The translations under genes and the position numbers were made by a program. Below are positions 11,247 to 28,418 of a DNA stretch of 64,000 nucleotides, in pieces. The notes beneath the pieces are model-generated. The model ran no database searches, was not told where the DNA came from, and was given only the letters and a program-made list of their open reading frames with translations. The stretch comes from Eledone cirrhosa (taxonomy: Eukaryota): positions 31,496,001 through 31,560,000 of the forward strand of contig OZ024756.1 of the NCBI GenBank assembly GCA_964016885.1. The letters are read 5' to 3'. How positions within the stretch are numbered: the stretch's first letter is position 1; each line of letters opens with the position of its first letter.

Positions 11247-11555
11247 AGGGCGGTGAATTGGCAGTATCGGTAGAGGGTTGGCCGCCATGCTTTCTAGCAT
11301 AGTTACGTCCCTTTACGGTTTGAGTTCAAATCCCGCTGAGGTTAACTTTGCCTTTCATCCTTACGGGGTCGATAAAATAAAGTACCAGTAATGTACTAGG
11401 TAATTGCTGGCCTTGTGCCTAAAGTAGAAACAATTATTATTATTATTATTATTCCGAGGTTAACTTTGCCTTTCATCCTTACGGGGTCGATAAAATAAAG
11501 TACCAGTAATGCACTGGGTAATTGCTGGCCTTGTGCCTAAAGTAGAAACAATTAT
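11247..11555 (+). mobile_element. Meta-domain SINE, full length (11247-11435), plus a tandem 5'-truncated copy (11454-11555)
   Basis: TGGCAGTATCGG, GAGTTCAAATCC, Meta core, 3' CCTTGTGCCTAAAGTAGAAACA-(ATT)n. Confidence 0.88.
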
Positions 11556-11769
11556 TATTATATTATTATTATTTATTTTTTTATTGTTATTGCTTTTGTT
11601 GCTGCTGTTGTTGTTTTTGTTGTTGTTGGTGTTGTTGTTATTAAAGCAAATAGTAATATCTGTGAAGACAATAGAAAATAAAAACTATATTGTAGATACT
11701 ATCTCCATTACCAGATTAGGTAAATATCGGTATCATTGTCATATAAGTATGTTTGTGTTTGTACGATAC

Positions 11770-11834
<65 letters not shown>

Positions 11835-11850
11835 TATACATGAATATTTG

Positions 11851-11895
<45 letters not shown>

Positions 11896-12130
11896 ATATA
11901 AATGAATGTATGTATTTTTATATGTGTTGTGTATTCATATATATATATAGTGTGGGGAGTACGTGTGTGCGTGTGTGCGTATGTATGTATATACATATAT
12001 ATGCGTGTGTGTATTTGTGTGGTCTTTGTGTGATTTCTGTGCATTGTGTTTGCAAAAATACATTATGATTAACGAAAACATATCCTGGGTTTGTTTGAAA
12101 ATGGTTGTCTTAAATGAAGAAAGTAGCAGC

Positions 12131-12209
<79 letters not shown>

Positions 12210-12269
12210 ATAAAACAATCATAGCAAATAATGAGCAAAAAGGAAGTTATATACATATATATAATGTAA

Positions 12270-12317
<48 letters not shown>

Positions 12318-13712
12318 CTGTGTGTGTGTGTATGTGTCTGTGTATGTATGTATATGTTTGCCATCTTTCTGTCTTATGTCTAACGAGAGAAATATTCAAA
12401 TAGTGTAAGACGAAACGTTAATTAGTTACAAAAAAAATATGTCGGTTTCAGCAGACGACATATTACTTTCTTATTTAACCAATCAACGACAAACATATGT
12501 CTGAAAAGAAAACGGTTGCTGGGACATATGCTCTATTTTACCTTCTTTATAACCATATATCTAATGGTTATTGCAGCGGTGTCAAATATGATACATGCGC
12601 CGTTCGTTTTCCTAGATATAAGTAGCACGACAAATATAACAACCCACGCGGACTCAGACACACTTACACATATACACACATACAAACACTCACACACACA
12701 CACACACATCCAACACAAACACATACACTCACATCTTCAAACACGCACACATTCACATACAGATTCACATAATCACTCACAAATATACACAAACAAGTAC
12801 ATACACATTCAAATACACAATCACATAATCACTCACAAACATACACAAACACATACACACACCTAACTACACACGCATTCACATACACAGTCACATAAAC
12901 ACTCACACACATACACATACATTCAAACACGCGCACATTCATATAAACACTCACATATAGACATTTCATGTCTATTTTGTTACCTATTTCTGATTTATTT
13001 GGCTATTTTATAGTTAATATATACATTCAATTCACAAATAGATTAAGATAGCAACTTAATACATGGTTCTTATATGAAATTGCGTTAGAATCTTTTCATT
13101 TAAATAGGAACCCTTTGAAATAGATAGTTATTTTGTTTCATATAATCAAAGACGATGTGGCCAGGCTGATATCAAAATAACAAAATAACAAAACTCAACG
13201 TAGAAGTTGTACGTTATCGCTAGAAATCAACCACCAAACATAACTCACGCCTTCTTAGAAATAAATAAAGGGGAACTTATATTATTTATTTAGATAAGCA
13301 CAAAAAGCAACTCCAGACATGTTTCAGTTATATTAAGTGCATTAACAAGTGCACAGACGACGTTTCCTGAATAGTGATAAGAATTTTAGTTGTGCAGGTG
13401 TAACTTCCTTTGATTTTTTTCTTATTAAAAAGGTGTGTAGTGCTTTTAGCTGGTCGAGCTATGACTCGTGATTAACGTTTAAGAAATCCCTTGATATGAA
13501 TAACACAAGCTATATACACGGGTGTATTTTCATACACCACATTTTCTATTTTATCTCATTTATCTTTCTATTTCCTTTTCTTTCCAGAATTCTATATTTA
13601 TTACTTTTGTTTTCATTATCCATCTATAATTGTATATCTGTATCTATCTTTATCTCTCTGCCTCCCTCCCTCCCTCTCTTTATCTCTCTCTCTATATATT
13701 TCTCTCTCTCTC

Positions 13713-13748
<36 letters not shown>

Positions 13749-13775
13749 ACAGTATTCTTCCACAACACACACACA

Positions 13776-13821
<46 letters not shown>

Positions 13822-13846
13822 ACACACTTAGACATATCCACACATG

Positions 13847-13882
<36 letters not shown>

Positions 13883-13980
13883 TATAAATATATACATACA
13901 TACATGTGTATGTGTGTGTATGTGTATATATATATGTGTGTGTGTGTATGTGTATATATATGTATATATATGTGTGTATG

Positions 13981-14130
<150 letters not shown>

Positions 14131-14243
14131 ATCTAGGCACATATCTATGCATTTCTAGCATTCAATCTCTCATTTTCTCAACCCGTCTGTGTCATTTCTT
14201 TTCTCTCTCTATCTCTCGCTCTCTCTATCTCTCGCTCTCTCTA

Positions 14244-14348
<105 letters not shown>

Positions 14349-14409
14349 CCTCTCTCTCTCTTCTCTCTTTCTAATTTTGACTCTTAACTTTCTTTAATTT
14401 CCTATTGTT

Positions 14410-15600
14410 TCACCACTACCATCAGCACCAACACTACCACCAGCACCATCAGCACCAACACTACCACCACCACCATCAGTACCAATGTTACCACTACCAA
14501 AACTACAACACCACCAACAACAACAACAACAACAACACCAATTTAAATGATATATGACTTGGTTGAAAAGATTAATCTGTACCAACTTTTAATAATGAAT
14601 AAGAATAGCAACAACAACAAGAACGACACCATTTTCAGCTCCATCACCCACCCCGCCTCCGTGAACAACGTGTCTAAGAATAACATCACACACACTAACA
14701 TCACGACTACTATCAATAACATCACAATCACCATCACCATTATCATCAAACACCACCACCATCACCGACACCGTCACCAACACACCCGCTTTCTCATCAA
14801 ACACCACCACCATCACCAACACCATCACCAACACACCCACTTTCTCATCAAACACCACCACCATCACCGACACCGTCACCGTCACCGACACACCCACTTT
14901 CTCATCAAACACCACCACCATCACCAAACACCACCACTATCATCAAACACCACCACGGTCACCAGCATCCACCACCATCACCGCCACACCACCACCATCA
15001 CCAACACACCACCACCATCACCGCCACACCACCACCCTCATCAACACGATCATCCATATCAACAGCACCAACAACACTAGCCCCATCAACCAAGAACACC
15101 AAGAAAACACAATCGCCACCACCATCGCCACCACTATCACCAACATCACAACCGTCACCAACACCATCACCACCAACATTACCACCACCATTACCACCAC
15201 CACCATCACCACTATCACCACCACCAACACCAACAACATCACGACCACCATCACCACAACCATCACCACCACCATCACCACCACCAACACCGCACCCACC
15301 GTCACCTCCACCATCACCACCACCATCACCAACACCATCACTACCATCACCAACACCATCACCAACACCATCACCACCATCATCACCAACACCACACCCG
15401 TCATCACCAACACCATTACCAACACCATCACCACCACCATCACAAACACCAACACCACACTCGTCATCACCAACACCATCACCACCACCATCACCACCAC
15501 CATCACAAACACCATCACCTCCACCATCACCAACACCATCACCAGCATCATCACCAACACTATCACCTCCACCATCACCAACAACAACTACAACAATCGC
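14410..15600. repeat. CAC/CAT low-complexity repeat with a short internal tandem unit (TTTCTCATCAAACACCACCACCATCACC)
   Basis: Directly visible; produces spurious His/Thr/Gly-Asp ORFs. Confidence 0.8.
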
Positions 15601-16115
15601 ATAGAAACAAACAAAAAACATTGGTTTATGCAATGAAAATGAACTAAAATGAACGAAAATGACCTCAAAACAAGGAAAAACAACAAAAATGAACGAAAAT
15701 GAACGAAAAAAAACGAAAAACAAGGAAAATAATAAAAATGGACGAAAGACAACGAAAATGAACGAAAAACAACGAAAATGAACGAAAATAATGAAAATGG
15801 ACGAAAGACAACGAAAATGGAGGAAAATTACATAAAGTAAACGGGAAATGGAAAAATACCAACAAGAACAAATATAAAGAATTAAATAAAACTAAAAATC
15901 AAAATTAATATTTTCTCTTTCTCTCTTTCTCTCTTTCTCTCTTTCTCTCTTTCTTCCTTCTCTCTCTTTCTCTCTTTCTCTCTTTCTCTCTCTCTTTCTC
16001 TCTTTCTTTCTCTCCCTGTTCACTCCCTCTATCGTTCTCTCTCCCCTTTCACTCTCTTTCTCTCCCCTCCAGTCTCTCTCCCTTTCTCTCTCTCCATTTC
16101 TCTCTCACGCCTTTT

Positions 16116-16219
<104 letters not shown>

Positions 16220-16371
16220 GAACAAAGAGAGAATATCTTTGATACATCAAATATATTTTATTTTATTAAAGTTGGTTTTCTTTTGTTTCGTTTTGTTTTG
16301 TTTTTTTATATAGAGAAAGATTTTTCTTAGGAGTATTTTATTAGAAGATATTTTTACTGGTTTTTCTGCCT

Positions 16372-17835
16372 CCACCACCACCACCACTACCGAACATCAA
16401 CATCATCATCAACAGCAACACCCCTACTACCACCACCACCATTACCACCACCACCACTACCACCATTATCACCACTACCACTACCACCATTACCACCACC
16501 ACCAGGAACACCACCATTACCACCACCACCACTACCACCATTACCACCACCACCATTACCACCATTACCACCACCACCACCATTACCATTACCACCACCA
16601 GCACCACCACCATTACTACCACCACCACTACCACCATTACCCCCCACCACCACCACCATTACCATTACCACCACCAGCACCACCATCATTACCACCACCA
16701 ATAATACCACCATTACCACCACCAACACTACCACCATTACCACCACCACCACCATTACCATTACCGCCACCAGCACCACCACCATTACCACCACCACCAC
16801 CATTACCATTACTACCACCACCACCAGCACCACCACCATTACCATTACCGCCACCAGCACCACCACCACTACCACCACCCCTCCAGTATAATTACTACCA
16901 CCACCATCACCACCACCACTATCAGTACCAATACTATCACCAACGCCACCACGACCTCCATCACAACCAAAACTACCTCCTCTAACCCAAATTATAATGA
17001 CCACCACCACTACCTCCACCACTGCCACCACCATCATCACAACTACCACCACTATCATCATCACTACCACCACCACTATCACAATCACCACCAATATTAC
17101 CATCACTACCAATACCACTACCACCACCACCACTACCACTACCACCACCACCACCACCACCACTATCACCATCACTACCAATATCACCATCACTACCAAT
17201 ACCAATACCACCACCACCACTACCACCACCACCACTACCACCACCACCACCACCACCACTATCACCATCACCACCAATATCATCATCACTACCAATACCA
17301 CTACCACCACCACCACTACCACCACCACCACCACCACCACCACTATCACCATCACTACCAATATCACCATCACTACCAATACCAATACCACCACCACCAC
17401 TACCACCACTATCACCATCACTACCAATACAACTACCACCACCATCACTACCACCACCACCACCACCACCACTATCACCATCACTACCAATACCACTACC
17501 ACCACTACCACTACCACCACCACCACCACCACCACCACTATCACCATCACTACCAATACCACTACCACCACCATCACTACCACCACCACCACCACCACCA
17601 CTATCACCATCACTACCAATACAACTACCACCACCATCACTACCACCACCACCACCACCACCACTATCACCATCACTACCAATACCACTACCACCACCAT
17701 CACTACCACCACCACCACCACTACCACCACTACCACCACCACCACCACCACCACTATCACCATCACTACCAATACCACTACCACCACTACCACCACTACC
17801 ACCACCACCACCACTATCACCATCAACACCACCAT
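16372..17835. repeat. CAC-derived minisatellite (ACTATCACCATCACTACCAATACCACTACC core)
   Basis: Directly visible repeat. Confidence 0.85.
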
Positions 17836-18029
17836 CGCTATAAAAAGTGCTACGTGTTCTATTAGTTGCCAATTTTCTATAGTTATTCCTTTATATATAT
17901 TTTTTTTACTAGTTCCTGTTCCTGCCATTTTTATCACAGCCCACCTAACTCCCTTTTTTCGGGTACTCCATTTGATCTGACGCTAAAGAGTTAATAGTTG
18001 TTAGGGTGGAGAGGCTAAATAAAAAGGTA

Positions 18030-18110
<81 letters not shown>

Positions 18111-18136
18111 ATGTATATATAAATATACATTTATAC

Positions 18137-18333
<197 letters not shown>

Positions 18334-18879
18334 TGTGTATACACACATATATAAAGTAATATAAAGCAGAAAAAGAAGAAAAAGTAAAAATATAATGCAT
18401 TATATAAATAGAATTATAAATATATGAATATATATTTTTTAAAAACCACAAAAATGCGTATAAACACATATATACAAAGAGAGACACACACTGACCGCAA
18501 TAAAATGACACTATTAATACACTGCATATCACTAACATACACACCACTACACTCTCATACTCACACTCACACACATCACAAACACACACGAAATAAAGCG
18601 TGTAAAACTACACTGTAAACGTACACACATACCACAAACACACACACATACCACAAACACACGCACACATACCACAAACGCGCACACACACCACAAATGC
18701 ACATAACACAAACACATACATATACGACAAACACACACACCATTAATACACAAGCACACCAACATGCTACAAACACACACATACACTCAAGCCTACACAT
18801 AATATACACTGTAACACACACAAACACACGCATCACACCAACACAGTACAGACACACACACACAACACTACACGCACAC

Positions 18880-19625
18880 CACAACCACCACCATCACCAC
18901 AACCGCCATAACACATTCCACCACAACCACCACCATCACCACAACCGCCATAACACACTCCACCACCACCTACCTCCACCACCACCACCACCAACACCCA
19001 CCACCACAACTACCACCACCACGCCACCACCACACCTACCACCACTACCACACCTACCACTACACCACCACCACTACAACATCACCAACACAACATCACC
19101 ACCACCACCACACCCACCACCACCACCACACTACAACACCACCACAACACATACCACCACACCTACCACCACCACACCACCACCACCATACACACCACAC
19201 CACCACCACCACCACCACAACAACAACAACAACAACAACACCGCACCTACCATCACCACAACACCACCATCACCACAACACCACCACAACACCACCACAA
19301 CTCCACCACAACACTACCACAACACCACCACCAACACCACCACAACACCACCACCGCATCTACCACCACCACAATACGAACACCACCACAACACTACCAC
19401 CGACACCACCACAACACCACCACCGCACCTACCACCACCACAACACCAACACCACCACCAACACCACCACAACACCTCCACCGCACCTACCACCACCACA
19501 ACACCTATACCACCACAACACCACCACCAACACCACCACAACTCCACTACCGCATCTACCACCACCACAACACCAACACCACCACAACACCACCACCAAC
19601 ACCACCACAACCACAACAACAACAC
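18880..19625. repeat. CAC/CAA low-complexity repeat
   Basis: Directly visible repeat. Confidence 0.8.
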
Positions 19626-19930
19626 AAACCAAGAAAAAATCACGTCTCATCAATCTAAGAACATCAAAAGACAAAGTCGTTTAAAGTAAGGGGGAGAGGA
19701 GTGGAGGGAGATGGGAGAGGGGCGGGGGTACGTTGGAGGAAGAGGGGAGAGGGGGGAGGGGAGAGGGGGAATAGGGGAGAGGGAGTGGGGGAGAAGGGAA
19801 GAGGGGAAGAGGGAGAGAGGCAGAGAGAAAGACTGAGACTGAGGAAGAAGGGGGGAATAGAGTGGGAGAAGTAAAAATAAAGAGAGAGATAACGAGGGAA
19901 AATGAAAGAGGTGACTTGGGAAATAGAGAG

Positions 19931-19970
<40 letters not shown>

Positions 19971-19982
19971 GGGGGGATAGGA

Positions 19983-20050
19983 GGCTTAGTTCGGATCTAG
20001 CTGTCGAAACGGCCGGAGCTCAGCCGTCGGGATCCTGACTCTTTTCCTAT

Positions 20051-20051
<1 letters not shown>
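19983..20051 (+). mobile_element. Fragment of the half-hammerhead dispersed family
   Basis: CTAGCTGTC-GAAA-CGGC-(loop)-GCCG-TC-GGGATC, homologous to 36233-36297. Confidence 0.6.
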
Positions 20052-20134
<83 letters not shown>

Positions 20135-20794
20135 CACAAACAACGTTATCACATGTTTGATAACATGTTTAAACTATTATTGAAGCTAACTATTCGATAT
20201 TATCAACATTATCAAAGAGAAATAACGGGAAATGCTTATAACTAGTTTTATGACTCTATATTGCCGAAATCTTAGTTTTGGAGGTTGGTTATTCTTGTTG
20301 TTGTTGCGGGTGTTTTTAGTTTTTATTGATGTTAACTATGCGGTTGTTGTTGTTCTTGATGGTGGTCGTGCTTTTGTCTTCCATATAATCTTTTTTGTCA
20401 GGTTATATATATTTTTTTTATCTCAAGCAATGTTTTCAAAATGGCGTACTTATTTCCTTTTCTTGCGACATAGGTTGTCGTTCATTATTGTATGTTGCAG
20501 ATGTGTTTTCAATGTTCGTTATTAGTGTTTATGTTACTATTGTTCTTGGTATTCTTGTCGTCGTTGTCATTGTTGTTGTTGTTGCTGCTGTGGTTATTAT
20601 AGGAGTAGATATAATAATAGTTTTGTTGTTGTTGTTGTTTATAATTAAGATACTGGAATTTTGGAACCTTTTTTCTATTTCGTTTTTAGCTGCAAGTGTT
20701 TGTTCTTTTTGTTATATATTTTTCTTTATCGGAAATCCGTTTTTTTTATTATCCTTGTTTGTCGTCATTAATGCAGTGCGTGCTTAATCGTTGG

Positions 20795-20933
<139 letters not shown>

Positions 20934-20938
20934 CATAT

Positions 20939-20970
<32 letters not shown>

Positions 20971-21072
20971 TTCTTATATATATATATATACATATATATA
21001 TATACATATATATGTATATATATAAATATGTATATATATATATATACATATGTATATATATATATACATATT

Positions 21073-21105
<33 letters not shown>

Positions 21106-21109
21106 TTCT

Positions 21110-21141
<32 letters not shown>

Positions 21142-21210
21142 CATACTTATATATATATATAATACATACATATATATATAATATATAATTATTTAAGCAC
21201 ACTCTCTGTG

Positions 21211-21247
<37 letters not shown>

Positions 21248-21249
21248 TG

Positions 21250-21327
<78 letters not shown>

Positions 21328-21760
21328 CAGTAACAGTAACAAACGATATTGATTCAATGAATAGATACGTGTCATTTTCGTCTATATTAACATTTACATT
21401 GGCCATTTTGATATTACACACTTTTTTTCTTCCCCATCACTAAATCTATACGATCACAAAAATACACAATTACCTCCCTTCTCCCTCGTAAAAGCAATAA
21501 GCCTTCCGAAATTTCCAGAAGAACATTTTCGAAATTTACCGTCATCAAATAAACTGAAAAAGGAATCATCCAGTTTCCATTATTTTCTGTTTTATAGTGT
21601 ATGCATTCAGTTCCGATGATCTTCATATTCTTTTATCCGTTTGTTGGAAAATAGATATCTTGATAGAAATCTTGCTAAACTAATCTAAACAAATACATGG
21701 AACGAATAGTTAACAGGGAATATTAATACAAGTATACATATATATACGTATAAATATATA

Positions 21761-21796
<36 letters not shown>

Positions 21797-21810
21797 CATA
21801 TATATGCACC

Positions 21811-21864
<54 letters not shown>

Positions 21865-22159
21865 TATAATTTGTACGTTAAATAGGATATATATCTGTAT
21901 ATTTTTGTGTATGAGTGAAATTGTAGTTTTCTTTTGGATATATACTTACAAATTTACAAATTTACATGATTCTTTTTTAAAATTCTTCAAAACCTACGCG
22001 AAAAGGTTTATTAATAAATGTTAATGTGTTTAATAGAACGAAAACAAGACGAAAGCTGAAGTGTAAAATTGATGAGGAGAAAGAATGAAAAAGCATTCAT
22101 TTTGGTGAGAGTTAGGGTTTCATTTGAAAGTATGAACTTGTTCAATTCTTGTTCAATTC

Positions 22160-22325
22160 AGGGCGACGTGCTGCGTTCTTGGACATTACTCTTTATTTCA
22201 AGCTGCTCCATCCCACTAAGCTGTAGTAAATTAGCTATACCTGTAATTCAAAGGGTCAGCTTTGTCACACTGGATTTTCCTTGTAAGTACTATATTACAG
22301 TAGATGTGTTTGTGTAACATTTAGG
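22160..22325 (+). mobile_element. Degenerate CORE-type SINE body
   Basis: GTTCTTGGACATTACTCTTTATTTCAAGCTGCTCCA and ATACCTGTAATTCAAAGGGTCAGC are shared with 40493-40615 and 63828-64000. Confidence 0.5.
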
Positions 22326-22759
22326 TTCGTGCGCGTTAATTTCACGAGTGGGTTATTTTGTTGTTTAATCAAACAAGAATATTCAGCTTCCTGCGCGTTA
22401 ATTTCACGGGTGAGTTGTTTTGTTGTTTAAACAAACGAAAATAACTTTCAACACTCGTCTGCGAAATCGACGGATGTCCAACAACAACAACAATGTCCAA
22501 CAAAAGAAAAACAAGTGGAACTTGAGGTTAGTAGTCTCCCATCTCAAAATCGTGGGTCCATGTCAATTGAACCAAACATCCCCCCAACCACTTACCTCCA
22601 TTGATTAGACCTGCATATTCTATAAACGCTTCAATCATAGGTTTGTTCGGTCAGAACTGACATGGGACTAAACAACACTGCAGCCAAATCATCATCATCA
22701 TCATCATTAATAACAACTAAGCTGGAGATCCAACGCATTCCAACAACACCGCCATGCCA

Positions 22760-24220
22760 GTTTTATGAAATAGTTAACAACACTGCCATTTTCTACCTTC
22801 ACTTCAACGTTTTTAAAACAATACTCACAAATTATCTAATAACACAACCATGCCTGTTTTCAACAAAAACCAGAGAAATACTTAACAACATCGCCATTTT
22901 CTGCCTTCAATGTAACACTGTACCAACAACACCAACAAAAACGTAAATAACGCCCCCATGCTTGTTTCCAACAACACAAACGAAATATTTTGCTACACCA
23001 CTATGCCTGTTTTTAACAACTACCACCGAAATACTTAATAGCACCGTCATGTTATCTTCAATTCAACCGTATACCAACAACACCAACAAAATACTTAACA
23101 ACGCCACTATGCCTGTCTACAGTACCCTCCATCGAAATATTCAACAAGACCGCCATTTTTCCTACCTTCAAATCTACCCTAACAATCACACCATCGACAT
23201 ACGTAACAATACCACCATTTTCTACCATCAATTCAACCATGTACCAATAACAACAACGAAATACTTAACCACCCCGCCTATCTATCTCCAACAACACCAA
23301 CGAAATACTTCACTCCGCCATGTCTATTTCCAACAACCGCCAACAAAATACTTCACCACAGCGCCATGTCTATTTCCAACAACCGCCAACAAAATACTTC
23401 ACCACACCGCCATGTCTATTTCCAACAACCGCCAACAAAATATTTCCCCCCGCCGCCATATCTGTCTCCAACAACCGCCAACAAAATACTTAACCCCTCC
23501 GCCAAGCCTATCGCCAACAACTGCCAACAAGATACTTCCCCACACGACCACACCTGACTCCAACAACCGCCAACAAAATATTTCACTCCGCCATATCTAT
23601 CTCCAACAACCCCCAACAAAATACTACACCACACCGCCATGTCTACCTCCAACAACCCCCAACAAAATACTTCACCCTGCCGCTATATCTGTCTCCAACA
23701 ACCGCCAACAAAATACTTAACCCCTCCGCCATGCCTATCGCTAAGAACGCTCAACAAGATACTTCACCACACTGCCATGTTTATCTCCAACAAAGGCCAA
23801 CAAAATACTTCACCACACCTGACTCCAACAACCCTCAACAAAATACTTCACAACACCACCGTATCTATCTCCAACAACCCCCACCAAAATACTTCACCGC
23901 GTCGCCATATCTATCTCCAACAACCACCAACAAAATACTTCACCCCGCCGCTATATCTATCTCCAACAACCCCCAATTAAATACTTCACCACACCACCAC
24001 ACCTGTGTCCAAAAACTGCCAACGAAATATTTAACCACACCACCACACTTGACTCCAACAACCCCCAACAAAATACTTCACCACACCGCCATGTCTATCT
24101 CCAACAACCGCCAACAAAATACTTCACGCCGCCACCACACCTGTCTCCAACAACCACCAACGAAATACTTCACCACACCAGCACACCTGTCTCCAACAAC
24201 ACCCCAACGAAATCATGTCT
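22760..24220. repeat. Degenerate ~45-bp minisatellite (CCAACAACCGCCAACAAAATACTTCACCACACCGCCATGTCTATCT)
   Basis: Recurrent AAAATACTT...CGCCAT.TCTAT.TCCAACAAC motif, more homogeneous towards the right. Confidence 0.85.
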
Positions 24221-24567
24221 ATTCATAAATAATAAGAAATATTGGTAGCCGCTCGCCCATTACAAATGTAAAGTTTATTGTTTTCATTAATTGAGTATAT
24301 TATATAATTCTATACCACGAGTGTCTCAAATTATATCAATGGTTGCTATATTATATGCAGCTCCCAGGCAATTATGAAGACACCAAAGTAGAGACATACA
24401 CGGTTTGGTTTTGCGGGGGGTTTTTTATATTATGTTGGGATTTTTTTCAGATATTTTTCTCTCATTGTTTCTCCTAAATTTTATTCCCAGATATATTTTT
24501 GTTCTTGCGCATTTCTTCTTTGGTTTATCATCATCATCATCGTCATCCTCGTCGTTGTCGTCATCAT

Positions 24568-24618
<51 letters not shown>

Positions 24619-25307
24619 TGTTATGATAGTTATTATGACAGTTATTATTATTATTTTTTTATTATCATTATTATAAAATAATAATAAATAAGTAAAGACA
24701 AATAATAAATAAAGAAATTATTGTTGTTGTTGTTATTTTTACTGTTATAGTTATCATTGTTATTACTGTCGCTGTTGTTGTTATGGTTGTTGTTATTTTT
24801 TACTGTTGTTGCTGTTGTTGTTTTTGTTGTTATCATTATTATTACTGTTGTTCTTGTTGTTATCGTTGTTATTACTATTATTATTATTGTTGTTGTTATT
24901 ATTTTTACTGTTGTTGTTATCGTTGTTATTATTATTATTGTTGTTGTTGTTGTTATTACTGTTGTTGATGCTGTTGTCGTTGCTATTATTATTATTAATG
25001 TTATTGTTATTATTACTGTTGTTGTTGTTATTTTTATTACTGTAATCAATTCAGTTTATTTACGTGCAAAAGCACAAATGTTATTTATAATTTATTTTCT
25101 ACACAACATTACACATATATTCATTAGAATATTTGTATGAGTGTATATATATATATGTCTTAGTATGTCTGTATATGTTTGTGTAGAAAGAAATAGAGCG
25201 AGGGAAGGAGGGGGAAGAAGTGGGAAGAGCTATTGCTGGAAAGATGTGGCAGTGAATATATTACAGAAATATATATATATATAAATATTAATAAATATAT
25301 TTTAATA

Positions 25308-25421
<114 letters not shown>

Positions 25422-25428
25422 TATAAAT

Positions 25429-25467
<39 letters not shown>

Positions 25468-25494
25468 CATATATATATATGTATGTATGTAATT

Positions 25495-25533
<39 letters not shown>

Positions 25534-26291
25534 TATATATAGTGAATTACTTTAACAAGGACAGAAGCGATGCAAACCAATGTGGTCGAAAATCACGATG
25601 CAGGTGTTTCAATAGAAAAGATAATTTAACTTAAGAACAAATGTTTTTGATGATCCAAAACGGAGAAAGCAGGCTTTGCTAACATTATTTTTTTATACAT
25701 GTTATAAAGATCATTTTTATATATGTATATACCAGGTACGCTTTTCAAATGCTTTTTTTATCATTTTCCTTATATATATATATATATATATATATAGTTT
25801 TTAAACGTAAGCCAAAGAGAAAGATAGGGGGGGGGGAATAGATTTTCAGAGCTGAAAACATTTTGAATGACTTAATGAACAATAATTGAATGGGTGAGAA
25901 GTTAAGGAGCGGGAAGAGAATCGTGGTGGAAGAAGTGGGTGATAAAAAGAGGGGTAAAGACCAGGAGCGACTAAGAGAGAGGGGGAGAGAGGAGAGAAAA
26001 GAGGTGTGAGGAGGGAGAGGGAAAGAGGGAGAAGAGAAGAGGGAGACACCAATCGAGAAAGAAAGGAGATAAGAAATTAAAAGAGAGTCATAATCATGTA
26101 TATAGAAAAGAAAATATCGATATTATATTGGTTTTTATTTTTGTTTTGCTGTGTGTTTTCCCCCTCATTAATTGCGTAATATTTTGATCAAAAATTGAAT
26201 ACCCAGAGAAATAGTTAATTTTTATATTTTATTCAAACTTTCAAATTACTTCTTTGGTAAAATCATATATAGATATAGATATAAATATATA

Positions 26292-26399
<108 letters not shown>

Positions 26400-26509
26400 A
26401 ATATATATATGAAGAATATAAAACACAAACAAAACCACCAACGCTTCAAACAATACAAATATCACAATAAAACATTCACAAAGATGGTAACCATAATAAT
26501 AATAATAAT

Positions 26510-26702
<193 letters not shown>

Positions 26703-26842
26703 GCTTTTTTACAAACATAATAAAATATAGATGAAGCGATGAAACAACTATTAAGAGATGCAGTAGGGAAAAAATGAAATGTGATAAAATATTACTGAAA
26801 AATAAATATAAAAAGGTTATATACGTAAACCATAAAAGAGAA

Positions 26843-26875
<33 letters not shown>

Positions 26876-26921
26876 GATATTTATACATATATACATATAT
26901 ATATATGAATACACACACACA

Positions 26922-26976
<55 letters not shown>

Positions 26977-27561
26977 GTATACATATATATATATATGTAT
27001 ATAAATATCTGTACATCTATATATATACATATATATATATATATGAAAAATATTAAAACGCAAAACGAAACCAGCAACACCTCCAATGACCATAAAGAAA
27101 TAATGGATGACTACTGAAGAATGTATTTATGCAGGTATTACTCTGTAGTTTATCATTTTCTTTCAGTGGAAGAATGAATGGCGTGCAACATTTTTGAATA
27201 TTAAAGTAATTAAAGTGGTTTGTTTGAAATTAACAAATTTCTAAAGTATAAAAAGTTATTTTTGTTTTTAATAAATAAAAATTTATATAATTAAGAAAAT
27301 CTATTTGCGTTGTTGAGAGAATGTAAATATGGAAATTACGAATATTAAAACTATTTGTTTCCATATAGGGAGCGATATGTAAATCTCTATATATGTATAT
27401 ATATATGTATATATATATGTATGTGTGTGTGTGTATGTGTGTGCATGCGTTTGTGTGTGTGTGTGTTCGTAATTATCAAAATAAATATACGTATTTACAT
27501 ATGTACGATATATATATATATGGGGGTGTACATATATATAATATATATGAGTGCATGTGTT

Positions 27562-27611
<50 letters not shown>

Positions 27612-27612
27612 C

Positions 27613-27711
<99 letters not shown>

Positions 27712-27811
27712 GAATATTCATATAGACGTTAATATATATGCGCGTGTTCGGGATTACTTATGCTCTTCAATATTTACTCTTTAACGAGCAAAAATATAGA
27801 CAGACAGAGAT

Positions 27812-27888
<77 letters not shown>

Positions 27889-27916
27889 CGTGAAATTGGA
27901 TCGAAACTAATGAAAT

Positions 27917-28222
27917 TCATACGAATTGTTCTGATATATCTAAAGTAGAAATGCCAGATGGAAAGATGAACAAATATTCAGTTTTCCTTTAGTGTAAAGA
28001 TATATAAAATATTAAATAAATGTATATGTAATATGTTAGTTTATTTAAAATTGAATGTTATATTAATTTTATATAAATTATATAAATTCAATGTAACATT
28101 CAATTTTAAATAAACTAACATATTACATAGATATACATTTATTTAATATTTTATATCTGAATATTTGTTCATCTTTCCATCTGGCATTTCTATTTTAGAT
28201 ATCTCAGAACAATTCGTATGAT
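27917..28222. repeat. Long fold-back inverted repeat (~140-150-bp arms), MITE-like
   Basis: CATACGAATTGTTCTGA..AGAAATGCCAGATGGAAAGATGAACAAATATTCAG and its reverse complement at 28158-28222; inner arms also complementary. Confidence 0.8.
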
Positions 28223-28376
28223 GCATGCGTTTGTGTTGGTAATTATCAATATAAATATTCATATTTACATATGTACGATAAATATATATGGGGGGGGGGG
28301 GTGTACATATATACAATATATATGAGAGCATGTGTATATATATATATATATATACACATATCATATATATATATAC

Positions 28377-28418
<42 letters not shown>

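Noticed and set aside
11247-11435. tRNA genes (A and B boxes present)
   Set aside because: The boxes belong to SINE heads that continue into the Meta core and ATT tail; no cloverleaf.
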